A stretch of DNA of 64,000 bases. Origin: Candidatus Pelearchaeum maunauluense (GTDB lineage Archaea; Thermoproteota; Nitrososphaeria_A; Caldarchaeales; Caldarchaeaceae). The first letter of the stretch is position 1, and each line of letters starts with the position of its first letter. The position numbers and the translations under genes are program-made. Positions 39,746 through 50,196 of this stretch are shown piece by piece. The notes under the pieces were generated by a model that was given only the letters and a program-made list of their open reading frames with translations, searched no databases and had not been told where the DNA came from. Location of the stretch: the NCBI GenBank assembly GCA_030059675.1, contig JANVYQ010000001.1, positions 307,032-371,031 on the forward strand. The letters run 5' to 3'.

Positions 39746-40915
39746 CTACCCCTCTCTTATAATGCGCATGACGCGCGGAAGCATGCTCACACTAGGTATG
39801 ATTAGGTCTGCACCACCCTCCATAAACTGGTCAATCCTGTCAATATCGCCGACACCACCATACACCCCCGCAAAGACGTAGCGGTCTTCAACCTTCTTGG
39901 CGTTCTGCCAGAGAATCAAATCCGCGGCGGAGTCGCCTACATACATGACATCGCCCACCATACCCCTCGCAGCCTCTATCAAGGCGTAGGGGCTCGGCTT
40001 CTCATACCTCTCCTTCCCAGCAATATCGTCGTTAACCAAGTCAGCTATGAAGACGCGTGCGCTGGGCTCAAAGTAGTTGAGCAGCGCGCCCATGGTTTTG
40101 CTTGTCTCCCACGAGCCGCGTCCAGTCGCTAGCCCCATCTTCCTAAAGACCGAGGAAAGCTCCCGCATCGTCTCCTCATCCACTAGGAGCTTCTCCCCCT
40201 CCAGACTCCCGTCTAGACTAAAGTACGGCCCAACTCTCCTGACGTTCCGGATATTCCGCGAGCCGAAGAACGCCTCATCAAAGAACGTGACCAGCAACCC
40301 CTCGCCGTATTTCCCTGGATAGCCCAGCGCCCAGTTGATTGCTCTAATTATGCTCTCCGCATCGCCCGTGTTGAGCTCTGGATAGACCACCTCCTCCTCT
40401 ATCTCGCGGTAGCCCATACCTGTTCTCTCGTATTGCTGCACCTTTATCTCAAGTGAGCGGAGCAGCTGCCTTATCTGGTCTTTAGTCATCTCTGTATGAT
40501 TGGTGTTCTCTCCCAGTTTTTTCATAAGCTCGCTGGGGCTTATGCTGCTCTCGTCAGCGCTGCGGTGGAGCTTCGCCAGCCTCTCTAGACTCTCGCGGGG
40601 GGCGTGTATAGCCAGCCAGGTCGTCAATAGATGCACGGTATCCCAGTCGTTGTTAAAGCCGCCCACACCGCGTATGGTGTAGATGGTCTCCAGCGATATG
40701 CTATCCCTGCTAAACTCCAACCCAGTCAAAGCACGGACAAGCTCGGCAACAGTATATCTAATAGCCTCATCATAGGACGTGCGCGAATCTATCAAAACGC
40801 CATCGCAGTCAAAAACCGCGCTCTCCACCCCTGATAGACGCTCAACAGACTCATACCTAACATATGAGAGGCCTCGCGCTGTCCTAAGCTCAAAATAGTT
40901 TCGCGCCTGCGACAA
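39746..40915 (-). CDS. HAD-superfamily hydrolase with large cap insertion
   Basis: Motif I VFDCDGVLIDS and motif IV YVGDSAADLILWQNA are separated by a long insert. Confidence 0.65.
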   Translation of the reverse strand: MSQARNYFELRTARGLSYVRYESVERLSGVESAVFDCDGVLIDSRTSYDEAIRYTVAELVRALTGLEFSRDSISLETIYTIRGVGGFNNDWDTVHLLTTWLAIHAPRESLERLAKLHRSADESSISPSELMKKLGENTNHTEMTKDQIRQLLRSLEIKVQQYERTGMGYREIEEEVVYPELNTGDAESIIRAINWALGYPGKYGEGLLVTFFDEAFFGSRNIRNVRRVGPYFSLDGSLEGEKLLVDEETMRELSSVFRKMGLATGRGSWETSKTMGALLNYFEPSARVFIADLVNDDIAGKERYEKPSPYALIEAARGMVGDVMYVGDSAADLILWQNAKKVEDRYVFAGVYGGVGDIDRIDQFMEGGADLIIPSVSMLPRVMRIIREG

Positions 40916-40955
40916 GGCTGGTCTTCTTCAGAAGAACATACATGCGGGCTGGTAT

Positions 40956-41654
40956 TTAGGTCTGGGCTGCTCTCCAGACGCGGTCAAACTCCGCCTTAAA
41001 GAGCTTCGCCACCTCATACCCCTCTATAACCACCATGTTCTCATCATTCCTCCTATCGCCGCTGAAGCTCCAGTTCATGCTCCCAGTTACGACTATGTAG
41101 CCGTCTATTATCGCTACCTTGTGGTGCATTAGGTAGGGGTTGGAGTCCAGCCTCACATCCACGCCAGCGCTCCTCAGCCGTTGGTACACGCTACCCTTGC
41201 TATAGGCGTTGTTGGCCTCAATAACCACCTTGATATCAACGCCGCGCGCAGCAGCCCTTATGAGAGCCTCGGCAACCCCGTCCAGCGTGAAGCTGAATAT
41301 CATGACATAAACACTCTCCTTAGCGCCATCTATCAGCTTAATGAGCAGGTTTGAGCATCCACCACCTGGGGAGAAGCAGACCTCACTCACATACCCCGCC
41401 TCTGGCTGGGCGGTTATGACTATCCTCTCGGTAACTGTGGTAGGTGAGGCCGATACGACAGTCGTCGCAACCAACGTTGTCTCAACGACTGTGGCTGTTC
41501 TCTCCACCTCAAGTGTGGTCGTCTCAGTTACAATCTCCGAGACAGTCTTGACATACGTCTCTGTTATGGCCTCCCCTGGCTTCACAATCCAGCCAGCGGC
41601 AAAGCCAGTAGCTAACACGAGTAGAATAACCAAGGCGATGAAGAGGGGGCGCAT
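40956..41654 (-). CDS. Membrane-anchored phospholipase D-family (Nuc-like) nuclease
   Basis: HKD motif MHHKVAIIDGYIVVTGSMNWSFSGDRRNDEN, with an N-terminal TM helix and a Thr/Val-rich linker. Confidence 0.8.
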   Translation of the reverse strand: MRPLFIALVILLVLATGFAAGWIVKPGEAITETYVKTVSEIVTETTTLEVERTATVVETTLVATTVVSASPTTVTERIVITAQPEAGYVSEVCFSPGGGCSNLLIKLIDGAKESVYVMIFSFTLDGVAEALIRAAARGVDIKVVIEANNAYSKGSVYQRLRSAGVDVRLDSNPYLMHHKVAIIDGYIVVTGSMNWSFSGDRRNDENMVVIEGYEVAKLFKAEFDRVWRAAQT

Positions 41655-41717
41655 GGAGAAACACCATTAGCAGCCAAGTAAATATATTATGCCAGAAAAA
41701 GAGGGCCTGAAAACGCT

Positions 41718-42311
41718 TTGGAAGGGCATGTAAGACGCTACCTAGTCATAACGAAAAATAACGCTCATCTCACGCCGCGCGATAGGGGAGGTGTAATTTC
41801 AGAACTACGCGAGAGGCTGCGTGATTCATGTAGAGTTGCTGACCTGCGAATAGCATCAAACCACCTAGAGTTTGATTTGTTCTGTGGTGAGCATGGCTTG
41901 GAGAGGACGGTAAGCATACTAAACGGCTTATTCGGTGTTGTTGATGTAAGAAACCTAAGTGACGAAAAGGATGTTATGGATTTTGATGAAGCGCTAATAC
42001 GCGCTGTTGGGCTGTTTAACGAGGAGCGCTACTGGGAGGCTCACGAAGCTCTAGAAAACCTGTGGAGAAATACCCAAGGGGCTGAGAAGGAGCTGCTGCA
42101 CGGAATAATATTAACAGCAGCCGCCTACGTCCATACCCAGAAGGGAGAAGAAGACAGGTTCATACCGATACTTGAGAGGGCCTATAAAAGCCTGCTAAGC
42201 TGGCCAGAAGACAGCTACAGGGGAATTGATGTCAAAGCCCTACGCGAGGCTGTCAAGCGCCTTCATGATGAACTGGCTTTCCATAGAATTACATTAACCC
42301 TTAAATATTAG
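41718..42311 (+). CDS. DUF309-domain protein
   Basis: FNEERYWEAHEALENLWRNTQGAEKELLHGIILTAAAYVHTQKG is the DUF309 signature. Confidence 0.6.
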   Translation: MEGHVRRYLVITKNNAHLTPRDRGGVISELRERLRDSCRVADLRIASNHLEFDLFCGEHGLERTVSILNGLFGVVDVRNLSDEKDVMDFDEALIRAVGLFNEERYWEAHEALENLWRNTQGAEKELLHGIILTAAAYVHTQKGEEDRFIPILERAYKSLLSWPEDSYRGIDVKALREAVKRLHDELAFHRITLTLKY

Positions 42312-42330
42312 GCGGCGGCTAACTTAGGCG

Positions 42331-42756
42331 ATGTCTAACTTCACTCTCACAAAGCCTGAAGCATCATACCTCAGCGAGGTTTATAGGATTATTGAGGAAG
42401 GGCGCGAGCCTGCTGTAACGCTACTGGCCTCGCGTTTTGGTGTTAAGCTCCCCACGGTTATAGATGTTCTTAAGAAGCTGGAGAGGAAGGGGCTGCTTGT
42501 TAGGGAGAAGTGGCGCGCTCCGAAGCTCACGCGCACAGGCGTTAGGGTGGCATCCTCAATACTTCACCGCCATAGGATTATAGAGCTTTACTTCAGCAGA
42601 AAACTAGGGCTGGCGCAACAGCTAGCGTGCCGCGAGGCTGCCAAGATAGACTACCTCCTCGACGATGTGGTGGTGGCTAGGATGTGTAAGGAGCTTAACC
42701 GCCCAGCCATGTGCTTCCACATGAAGCCCATCAACCACACGCGCTGCAAGAGGTGA
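42331..42756 (+). CDS. DtxR/MntR-family metal-dependent transcription regulator
   Basis: An HTH (LASRFGVKLPTVIDVLKKLERKGLL) is followed by the dimerisation/metal region ILHRHRIIELYF. It sits directly upstream of the ZIP gene. Confidence 0.75.
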   Translation: MSNFTLTKPEASYLSEVYRIIEEGREPAVTLLASRFGVKLPTVIDVLKKLERKGLLVREKWRAPKLTRTGVRVASSILHRHRIIELYFSRKLGLAQQLACREAAKIDYLLDDVVVARMCKELNRPAMCFHMKPINHTRCKR

Positions 42757-43461
42757 GTGGTCATGCTTTTCTTAATCCTGGCCTTCATCCCGTTTTTAGC
42801 CGATGCCATGCTGGCCGTCTTGCTACGCGACAGGCAGCTAACAGCCAACTACGTGAGGTATGTCATAGCCTTGTCCGCTGGCCTAGTTATTTCGGCCGCG
42901 TTCTTTGAGCTTCTCCCAGAAGCCAACATAGAGGCCAACGCGGTCTTCGTTGCTCTGGGCTTCTTCATCTTCTACCTAGTTGAGAAGACTACCATGCTTC
43001 ACGCCTGCGGCGAGGAGGAGTGCGAGGCTCATAGCCTTGGGCGGCTCACCGCAATAGGCATGGCCTCTGATAACGTGGTAGACGGCTTGGGAATTGCTGT
43101 GGCATACCACATAAACCCAATACTGGGGATGATAATAGCGCTAGCAGTCATCTCGCATGAGGTTCCACAGGCTATAGCCTCGGCCTCGCTGCTGAGAAGA
43201 GAGGGGAGACCGCGTAATGAGGTAGTGCTTCTTCTCTCGTTCGCTGGTGCCATGTATCCGCTGGGAGCGGCGCTCTCGCTCCTCATACCAGAGGAGCTCT
43301 ACACAATAATAGTAGCATTCGTCGCTGGCGTATTCCTCTACATAGGCGCTGGAGACCTCCTCATGGAAGCCCATAGACGATTCAACTGGAGGATTATACT
43401 CTCAGTCCTCCTGGGTGGAGCGATAATGTTCATGACGGGCACGGTGCTCCACACCGTCTAG
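42757..43461 (+). CDS. ZIP-family (ZupT-like) divalent metal transporter
   Basis: Contains VISHEVPQAIA and LYIGAGDLLMEA and is polytopic. Its start abuts the stop of the DtxR-like gene. Confidence 0.75.
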   Translation: MVMLFLILAFIPFLADAMLAVLLRDRQLTANYVRYVIALSAGLVISAAFFELLPEANIEANAVFVALGFFIFYLVEKTTMLHACGEEECEAHSLGRLTAIGMASDNVVDGLGIAVAYHINPILGMIIALAVISHEVPQAIASASLLRREGRPRNEVVLLLSFAGAMYPLGAALSLLIPEELYTIIVAFVAGVFLYIGAGDLLMEAHRRFNWRIILSVLLGGAIMFMTGTVLHTV

Positions 43462-43499
43462 GGGGAGCGTATATTTGCTGGGCTAAAGGCTGAGAATGT

Positions 43500-44654
43500 A
43501 TGCGGCAGGTAGCGATAGTGGGTGTGGGGATGACGAAGATGGGGAAGAGCGATAAGAACGTCGTTGAGCTACTCGCGGAGGCCGCGCTGAAAGCTATGGA
43601 CGACGCAGGTGTAGGCGAAGGGTTTGACGAGGTCTTCGTCGGCAACATGGCCGCTGGCGAGTTTGAGGGCATGTCTGGATTAGGCAGCGCACTCGTGAGC
43701 ATGCTCTCGCTGGAGCCAACGCCAGCGATGAGGATAGAGAACATGACCGCCAGCGGAGCTTCAGCAATACACGCTGGCTGGCTCTCAATAGCGTCTGGGA
43801 AGTCCAGTCTCGTACTGGTAGCGGGAGGAGAGAAGATGACATCAGCAACAACCGAGAAGACGGCAGACATAGTGGCGAGCTTCACCCATCCAGCGGAGCG
43901 CGACCAGGGGGTAACGCTCCCAGCGCTTGTGGCGATGGCGGCGCGCACATACCTTGAGAGATACAACGCCCCGCGCGAGTCTCTGGCATACGTAGCTGTG
44001 AAGAACCATCATAACGGCTCGCTAAACCCCCTAGCCCAGTTCCAGCGCAGGATAACGGTGGAGGAAGCGCTAGGCTCTCCAGTAATATGCGACCCGCTGA
44101 GGCTATATGATTTCTGCCCAATCTCAGACGGCGCGGCCGCGCTCGTACTAGCGCCGCTGGAGGAAGCTGGTAAATACACGGATAAGCCTGTTAAGATTAC
44201 TGGTATAGGAGCCGCTACCGACACCCACGCCGTACAGGAGCGCGACGACATAACGCGGATGGACGCTGTGCGTATAGCTGGTGAGAAGGCGTATAGGATG
44301 TCTGGGAGAAAGCCCCGCGACGTTGATGTAGCGGAACTACATGACATGGCTACCGTCCTTGAGATTATGATTGCGGAGGAGCTGGGCTTCTTTGAGCGCG
44401 GCGCTGGATGGCGGGAGATTGAGCGCGGCGCGGCAGACCTAGGGGGTGAGCTTCCGATAAACACCAGCGGCGGCCTGAAGGCGCGCGGCCACCCGCTAGG
44501 GGGGACAGGTGTAGCCCAGGTAGTTGAGCTAGTGATGCAGCTCCAAGGAAGATGCGGAGAGCGCCAGGCTGGAGAGCCGCGTATAGGGCTTGCATGCAAC
44601 CTCGCGGGCTTCGCCAACGCCGCGGCTGTAACGATAGTTGAGCGCGGCTGGTGA
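43500..44654 (+). CDS. Thiolase (archaeal acetyl-CoA acetyltransferase type)
   Basis: NMTASGASAI (active-site Cys region replaced by the archaeal type), LYDFCPISDGAAALVL and GGLKARGHPLGGTG are present. Confidence 0.8.
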   Translation: MRQVAIVGVGMTKMGKSDKNVVELLAEAALKAMDDAGVGEGFDEVFVGNMAAGEFEGMSGLGSALVSMLSLEPTPAMRIENMTASGASAIHAGWLSIASGKSSLVLVAGGEKMTSATTEKTADIVASFTHPAERDQGVTLPALVAMAARTYLERYNAPRESLAYVAVKNHHNGSLNPLAQFQRRITVEEALGSPVICDPLRLYDFCPISDGAAALVLAPLEEAGKYTDKPVKITGIGAATDTHAVQERDDITRMDAVRIAGEKAYRMSGRKPRDVDVAELHDMATVLEIMIAEELGFFERGAGWREIERGAADLGGELPINTSGGLKARGHPLGGTGVAQVVELVMQLQGRCGERQAGEPRIGLACNLAGFANAAAVTIVERGW

Positions 44655-44989
44655 TGATCGTGTCCAGCATAGTCGCCTACCGCTGCCAAGAATGCGGCCA
44701 TACATCAACAATCAAGAGGCTGCGGTGCAGAAAGTGTAGGGGGAGGGCTTTCGTGGAGGTGAGGCTGGAGCGGGGGGTGTTGATAACATACACGGTGATG
44801 AACGTGGTGCGGCCTGGCTACGCGAAGCCGCTCACAATAGGGGTGGCCGAGTTCGGGGAAGGCGTTAAGACTCTTGCACAGCTTGCGGTAAATAACCCGC
44901 GTGTGGGTATGAGAGTAAAGCCAACACAAGCAGCGCTACGGAAAACAGAGGGCGGCGAGCTTCTGGGGACAATCCTTAAAGAAGACTAG
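44651..44989 (+). CDS. DUF35 zinc-ribbon/OB-fold protein (thiolase partner)
   Basis: CQECGHTSTIKRLRCRKCRG zinc ribbon plus an OB-fold tail. A 4-bp overlap with the thiolase gene is the conserved archaeal pairing. Confidence 0.75.
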   Translation: MMIVSSIVAYRCQECGHTSTIKRLRCRKCRGRAFVEVRLERGVLITYTVMNVVRPGYAKPLTIGVAEFGEGVKTLAQLAVNNPRVGMRVKPTQAALRKTEGGELLGTILKED

Positions 44990-45759
44990 GTGGCGCCGTA
45001 CTTCTGCTCAATAAGCTTGTAGCCCTTCTCCTCAAGCAGCTCGGCAAGCTTTGGCCCGCCAGACTCAACAATCCTACCATTATACATTACATGCACGTAG
45101 TGTGGTGTTATGTATTTGAGTATTCGCTGGTAGTGGGTTATCAGCAGCGCACCCATCCCCGTCTGTTCTACCAGCTTCCTCACACCCTCCGCAACTATGC
45201 GCACGCCATCAATATCCAGCCCAGAGTCGGTTTCGTCTAGTATCGCTATACGCGGCTGCAAGACGGCTAGCTGTAGTATCTCGGCCCTCTTCTTCTCCCC
45301 GCCTGAGAAGCCCTCGTTAAGGTAGCGGCGCGCCAGCGAGGGGTCTAGGCTAAGCATCTGCAGCTTCTCGTTCAGGAGCTTCTGGAACTCAATCACGGAT
45401 ATACGCTCCTTCTGCTTATCAACCTCGCCGCCGTACTTGAGGTTTAGATACGCCCTGCGGAGAAAGTTGGCCACGGTGAGGCCTGAGACCTCCACAGGAT
45501 ATTGGAATGCTAGGAAAAGCCCCTTCTTGGCACGCTGGTCTGGAGTAAGCTCCAGAATACTCTCACCATCCAACAGTATATCTCCCGAATCAACCTCATA
45601 ACGGGGATGACCCATAACCACGTAAGCCAGAGTACTCTTCCCAGAGCCGTTGGGGCCCATGACTGCGTGTATCTCTCCCTCCCTTACCCTGAGGTTGACT
45701 CCCTTCAGGATTTGCTTGCCTTCTACGCTTGCGTGTAGGTCGCGGATTTCCAGCTCCAA
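44986..45759 (-). CDS. sufC: Fe-S cluster assembly ATPase SufC
   Basis: LEIRDLHASVEGKQILKGVNL...GPNGSGKSTLAYVVMGHPRYEV, LSGGEKKR and ILDETDSGLDIDG are present. Confidence 0.85.
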   Translation of the reverse strand: MELEIRDLHASVEGKQILKGVNLRVREGEIHAVMGPNGSGKSTLAYVVMGHPRYEVDSGDILLDGESILELTPDQRAKKGLFLAFQYPVEVSGLTVANFLRRAYLNLKYGGEVDKQKERISVIEFQKLLNEKLQMLSLDPSLARRYLNEGFSGGEKKRAEILQLAVLQPRIAILDETDSGLDIDGVRIVAEGVRKLVEQTGMGALLITHYQRILKYITPHYVHVMYNGRIVESGGPKLAELLEEKGYKLIEQKYGAT

Positions 45760-45994
45760 AGCTATTCACAGACAGCATTATAACGGCGTTATTTAACCAT
45801 GAGCATACCCAACAAAACGCTCAGAAAAGAAACAAACACCAAGAACAACCACAACCCCCCTTAAAAACCACAGCTCCAACAAACACGGCCAACATCCAAA
45901 TCTTTTTACACAACTCGCTTCCTCATTAGATAGGCTTCAAAACACTTGGCCGTTGCAAAGATTATAAAATACTCAATATATAGTAGTTGTGGTA

Positions 45995-46559
45995 TTGTCA
46001 AGTCTAAAGAAAGAGTTCCTAGAACTGCTCAAGTCTGATGAGGAGTTTAGATACGGTGGCTGGACTGATAGGGCCGGAGGAAGTTTTGAGGAGACTTGAC
46101 AGAAACGAATCAGAGTTGGTTAAGCTTAGGGAGGACATGAACAAACTAAGAGAGGATACGAATAGGGGGTTTGAGCTGATTGAGAGGCGGGTCTCAGCCC
46201 TTGGTGCTGGATGGGGGATGACCGAGGAAGCATTTAGAGAGGGCATTAGGGGACTGCTTGAGATGGAGCTGGGCCTAAAGGTCGAGAGATGGGTTGGTGT
46301 TGATTCTAAGGGAGAGGTGTATGGATTTCCAAGCCAGATAGAAGTGGATGTTACCGTGCATGACGGCAGGATAATTCTTATAGAGGTATCTTCGCATGTT
46401 AGACGGTCAGATGTTGCCGCTTTTAAGAAGAAAGCCATAGTCTATGAGAAGATTACCAACAATAAGCCTGATAGGTTATTAATAGTGTCTCCGTATGTTG
46501 AGGAGGATGCCTACAAACTAGCCAGGGAGCTGGGAATAGAGCTATACACGAAAGTTTGA
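45995..46559 (+). pseudogene. DUF3782 coiled-coil + PD-(D/E)XK-like nuclease family protein, frameshift near 46050
   Basis: TTG at 45995 (a TATA-like ATTATAAAAT lies at 45961-45970) opens LSSLKKEFLELLKSDEEFRY. The family sequence continues in ORF 46038-46559 (AGLIGPEEVLRRLD...EVDVTVHDGRIILIEVSSHV). Confidence 0.5.
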
Positions 46560-46575
46560 GCATTGTTTGAGGGTT

Positions 46576-47334
46576 TTAAATAACGCCTGGCGGCTCGCGG
46601 CCGAACATGCGGCGTACTCTCCTATACTCCTCAGCCAGAGAGAGCTGGGCGCGAATCCGTTCATGCTCAGCGTCCAGCCGCGTATAGTCTAGGTCGGGTA
46701 TTCCTAGAAGACGTGTGAGGACGCGGAGGACGCTTTTAGCTGTTTTGGGCTGTCTAATCTCAGGGTTGTCAATCTCGCCCAGTATGCATATACCTCCGAT
46801 TCCATGCTCCTCTGCTATCCCCAGCAGAAGGCCGTTGAAGCCTGTGATGTAGCCCTCGCCCTCAAGAGCCAGAGCGCCGCTTGACTCAACAGACTCGCGA
46901 AGCTCCTCGCGGGTGGCTGCATAATATACACGCCTCTCAGGAAGAACATCCCCGCGATGCGCTGCTCCAAGCGTAATCACACGCTTAACACCAAGCTGAG
47001 CAGCATAGCTGATAACATCCTCACAAAGCTCGTAGAGCGTTGCGGGCTCGTGGGGCTGGAACTCACCAGAGAAGACCACGAAGCTTCTGTTTTCGCGTGG
47101 TTTATGAAATTTGAAAAGAGAACGACTGTAGCTGGCTTTTCCTTCCCTATGTATGACGTAGGGAGGCCAATAGGCATGGAGCTGTGCGAAGACCTCCATA
47201 TCAAGCTCGCTGACTAGGTGCGCGACAGCTATTCCAGCGACGTTCCCCATATCAGGCAAGCCAGCAACAAGCGTATCAACACCGCTGGGAGGCTCGCCCA
47301 CAACCTGAAGACGCATCAACAAAACACCAACCAC
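46576..47334 (-). CDS. PAC2-family (proteasome assembly chaperone-like) protein
   Basis: AGLPDMGNVAGIAVAHLV...FVVFSGEFQPHEP... matches the PF09754-like pattern. Confidence 0.55.
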   Translation of the reverse strand: MVGVLLMRLQVVGEPPSGVDTLVAGLPDMGNVAGIAVAHLVSELDMEVFAQLHAYWPPYVIHREGKASYSRSLFKFHKPRENRSFVVFSGEFQPHEPATLYELCEDVISYAAQLGVKRVITLGAAHRGDVLPERRVYYAATREELRESVESSGALALEGEGYITGFNGLLLGIAEEHGIGGICILGEIDNPEIRQPKTAKSVLRVLTRLLGIPDLDYTRLDAEHERIRAQLSLAEEYRRVRRMFGREPPGVI

Positions 47335-47415
47335 GCCATATTTGAGCTATTACCACAATCCCCATACATGAACCATTACAAACAATCCAACCACACCATT
47401 AGTGGAGAAGCCCCC

Positions 47416-48231
47416 TTGAAGATAGACTACATAGCCTTTGACTCATTTGGGGTGAAGTCGTCATGCGTGAAAGTTGAGACTGGAGATGCTACGATTACGA
47501 TAGACCCAGGCATAGCTTGGGAGGTGGATTCCTTCTCGCTTACCGAGCGTGAGAAGGCCGCGCTGGACAGGAGATACACGGCTGAGATAAAGCGGGCATG
47601 TGGGGAGTCTGACATAATAGCCCTAACCCACCACCATTATGACCATCACATACCCGAAAGGAGCCTATACGTGGGTAAGCGTCTCTTTGTGAAGGACCTG
47701 CGGCGTTGGATTAACGCTTCGCAGCGCGGTAGGGCTTATGAGCTGTTGGAGGGGCTTGACGCCAAGATAGAGGTAGCTGATAACAAGACGTTCAGGATAG
47801 GCGGTACCAAGATATGGTTCTCCAAACCACTGTGGCACGGCGTAAAGGGGACAAGCCTAGGCCACGTGGTAATGGTCGGGATAGACGATGGCGGGACTAG
47901 GATACTGCACACCTCCGACATAGATGGCCCAATCTTGGAAGAGCCGATAAAGCTCATACAACGCTACAACCCAGACATCTTGATAATAGATGGCCCACCA
48001 ACATACATACTCGGATACATGCACTCATACTATAACCTTGCGCGTTCAGTAATCAACTTATGCAGAATCATAGAGAGCATAGATGCTGAGCTCATAATCC
48101 TAGACCACCACCCGCTACGGGACTATAGATACCGCGTCCTCCTATACGAGGCGTATCGCCACGCCGAGAGGTATGGGAAAACCATGGAGACGGCTGCTGA
48201 ATATGAGGCCGAAGGTAATAGAGGGCTATGA
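47416..48231 (+). CDS. Metallo-beta-lactamase fold hydrolase (UPF0282-like)
   Basis: LKIDYIAFDSFGVKSSCVKVETGDATITIDPG and LTHHHYDHH are present. The TTG at 47416 is preferred because the upstream part of ORF 47218- overlaps the divergent PAC2 gene. Confidence 0.65.
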   Translation: MKIDYIAFDSFGVKSSCVKVETGDATITIDPGIAWEVDSFSLTEREKAALDRRYTAEIKRACGESDIIALTHHHYDHHIPERSLYVGKRLFVKDLRRWINASQRGRAYELLEGLDAKIEVADNKTFRIGGTKIWFSKPLWHGVKGTSLGHVVMVGIDDGGTRILHTSDIDGPILEEPIKLIQRYNPDILIIDGPPTYILGYMHSYYNLARSVINLCRIIESIDAELIILDHHPLRDYRYRVLLYEAYRHAERYGKTMETAAEYEAEGNRGL

Positions 48232-48394
48232 GAAGCATGGCCCGACAAAATGGGGGTCATGGCAGAGGTTTACGTTCAGCGATATGAGGAGGGTTCTGGA
48301 AAATGCTGTAAAGTATAGGCTTGTGGGGAGGAGTTGGATACGTTTGGTGAAGAGATAACTGAGCGAGGCTGGGGAATAATATGTGGGGGTGGGT

Positions 48395-49057
48395 TTAGCG
48401 TCTCAGCAGTATGCGCAGCATCCATGTCTCGGTTAGGCGTAGGAAGGCTCCTTCTTGGGAGATTTTCCTGACCAGCGCGGCCGATGGCAGTAGCGAGAGT
48501 GCGGTGTGTATGGCGTTGAAGACGGCGGTGAACGCTAGGACTAGCAGGAGCGCCTCTAGCTGGCTCGCTGCCTGGATTCCCGTGGAGAGAGCAACCGCGG
48601 AGGAGGCGAACTCCAGGAAGTAGGGGAAGAACACGGCCAGGACTAGGTAGTTTACGACGGACATCACGGCTATCCTAACGACAGCCCCGAAGAGCATGAG
48701 CTGGGCTAGGAATGACGCCATCCCACCCCTGCCGACTAGGCTATATACACGCGAGCCCAGCCACATGCCGACGAGCATGGACATAACGGCGATAAACTTC
48801 AGAAAAGGCCCTAGGGGCGTGAATTCGCCGACCATCGTGAGTATAGCCCAGTAGACGAGGGATGTCGTTATGCCGATTATGGGGCCGAAGCCTAGGAAGG
48901 CCACGACGACGGGTATCTCGGCTATGTCAAACTTTAGGTAGGGTATTATTGGGAACGGGAGGCTCGGCAGCAACGTCAAAACGACGGCCAAAGCGCCGAA
49001 GGATGCTGCGACAGCTATAGTTATTGGCTTGGACTGGGTTGTACTCATCCACCCCAC
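48395..49057 (-). CDS. ECF-transporter S-component-like membrane protein
   Basis: PYLKFDIAEIPVVVAFLGFGPIIG resembles ECF substrate-capture proteins (FD..eIP....gf.fGP..G). About six TM helices. Confidence 0.5.
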   Translation of the reverse strand: MGWMSTTQSKPITIAVAASFGALAVVLTLLPSLPFPIIPYLKFDIAEIPVVVAFLGFGPIIGITTSLVYWAILTMVGEFTPLGPFLKFIAVMSMLVGMWLGSRVYSLVGRGGMASFLAQLMLFGAVVRIAVMSVVNYLVLAVFFPYFLEFASSAVALSTGIQAASQLEALLLVLAFTAVFNAIHTALSLLPSAALVRKISQEGAFLRLTETWMLRILLRR

Positions 49058-49235
49058 CCTCCTGGCTTAGCTGCACGCATAGGTAATTACTTAAACCTTA
49101 GTTTCTACAAAAGAAGTGAGTTATTCAGGGCAGGTCCGAGCATATAAGGAATAAGGAAGCACACCATCCAGTAATAAGTATCCCCCTCTGGGCCTACGAT
49201 CTCCAGCTTACCAGTTGTAGGGCTGGGTCTTAGGC

Positions 49236-49519
49236 CTAGTGTTTCCAGAGGGAGAAGACGCCGAGTAGGGGTGTTGGTGTTTCAAGCTCGGCTATAAAGA
49301 CTGGGCCCCGCCTACCATCAGCTTCCGCCTCGCCTACGAATAGCCTAGCCCGCCGCTTATCAGCTAGAGTAGGCTCAACCTCATACTGGGTAGGGGTAGG
49401 CTTAAGCTCGCGTATAGTTTCGGGGTCTAAGACTATGTATGACGCCCCAGCATCCACTAAAGCTCTAATTTTCTTCTCTCTTTCTCCCTTATTATCAGGT
49501 CTGCGTAGACGTAGCCCAC
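49236..49519 (-). pseudogene. Archaeal clan-AA (retropepsin-like) aspartic protease, frameshift in a purine run ~49470-49495
   Basis: GTG at 49519 opens VGYVYADLIIREKE. ORF 49236-49457 carries ALVDAGASYIVL (D[TA]GA active site) in another frame. Confidence 0.45.
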
Positions 49520-49761
49520 AGCAGCTTGTTTTATGCTATTGTATTTAAAAAATGACTGAAGATTTCTTCTCCCAAGACCAGTTTGGTAATATTCATACAG
49601 AGCGGATACGGCCCAGCTCTCAAGTCGCGTGTAGCGTAGTCGTCAATTATGGTAAGAATGGAATAATTGCAACGAGCAGGATATATGCAATAGCGCTGGT
49701 GTGGAGATGCCTGAGCATCCACCAGCAAATCCCTAGCAAACCCCTCCTATATTTTATTGAG

Positions 49762-50169
49762 CTAGCCTGAAAGTATAGTGCTTAATGTCTTCTTGATGCT
49801 CTCTCCACCTGCCTTGAGCTGCTCGCTTGTTAGGTTTATGGTTGTGGGCTTCTGCACACCTCTTGCTTGGAGCTCGCGTTCAAGCCTGTCTATCCATACT
49901 CCATTCCCCTCTAGCTGCTCTACTCCGAGTATGAAGACCTTGTATCCCCTCTTACTGTATTCCTCAACTTGGTCTGCTGTTATGGTTATCCAGCCTTCTA
50001 GGCTCTGCTCGGAAATTCCAGGTGGCGGCATCTTGATAATCCCAACACCAGCGTCGCGGAGAATTTCATAGACCTCGCCGCCAGCGGGTAGATTTGCGTA
50101 GCTCTGCGGATTCACGAAGTAGTCGGCGAGTATAACAAGCTTGAATGAACGCGAGTCATGCGTCTCCAT
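49762..50169 (-). CDS. Hypothetical protein, C-terminal region paralogous to 50197-50592
   Basis: Shares GVWIDRLERELQARGVQKP with GVWIEELEKELQRRGLQLP of the neighbouring gene. Confidence 0.5.
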   Translation of the reverse strand: METHDSRSFKLVILADYFVNPQSYANLPAGGEVYEILRDAGVGIIKMPPPGISEQSLEGWITITADQVEEYSKRGYKVFILGVEQLEGNGVWIDRLERELQARGVQKPTTINLTSEQLKAGGESIKKTLSTILSG

Positions 50170-50196
50170 CTACCCGAACACCCTTCTTGACGGCTC

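Noticed and set aside
45785-45905. Strand-asymmetric A/C-rich, G/T-poor tracts as a dispersed repeat family (also 7255-7345, 18840-19056, 32500-32560, 47335-47400, 62040-62170)
   Set aside because: I could find no shared unit or alignment between them. Several are simply coding for Thr/Pro/Lys/Gln-rich linkers or tails. I treat them as low-complexity compositional bias.
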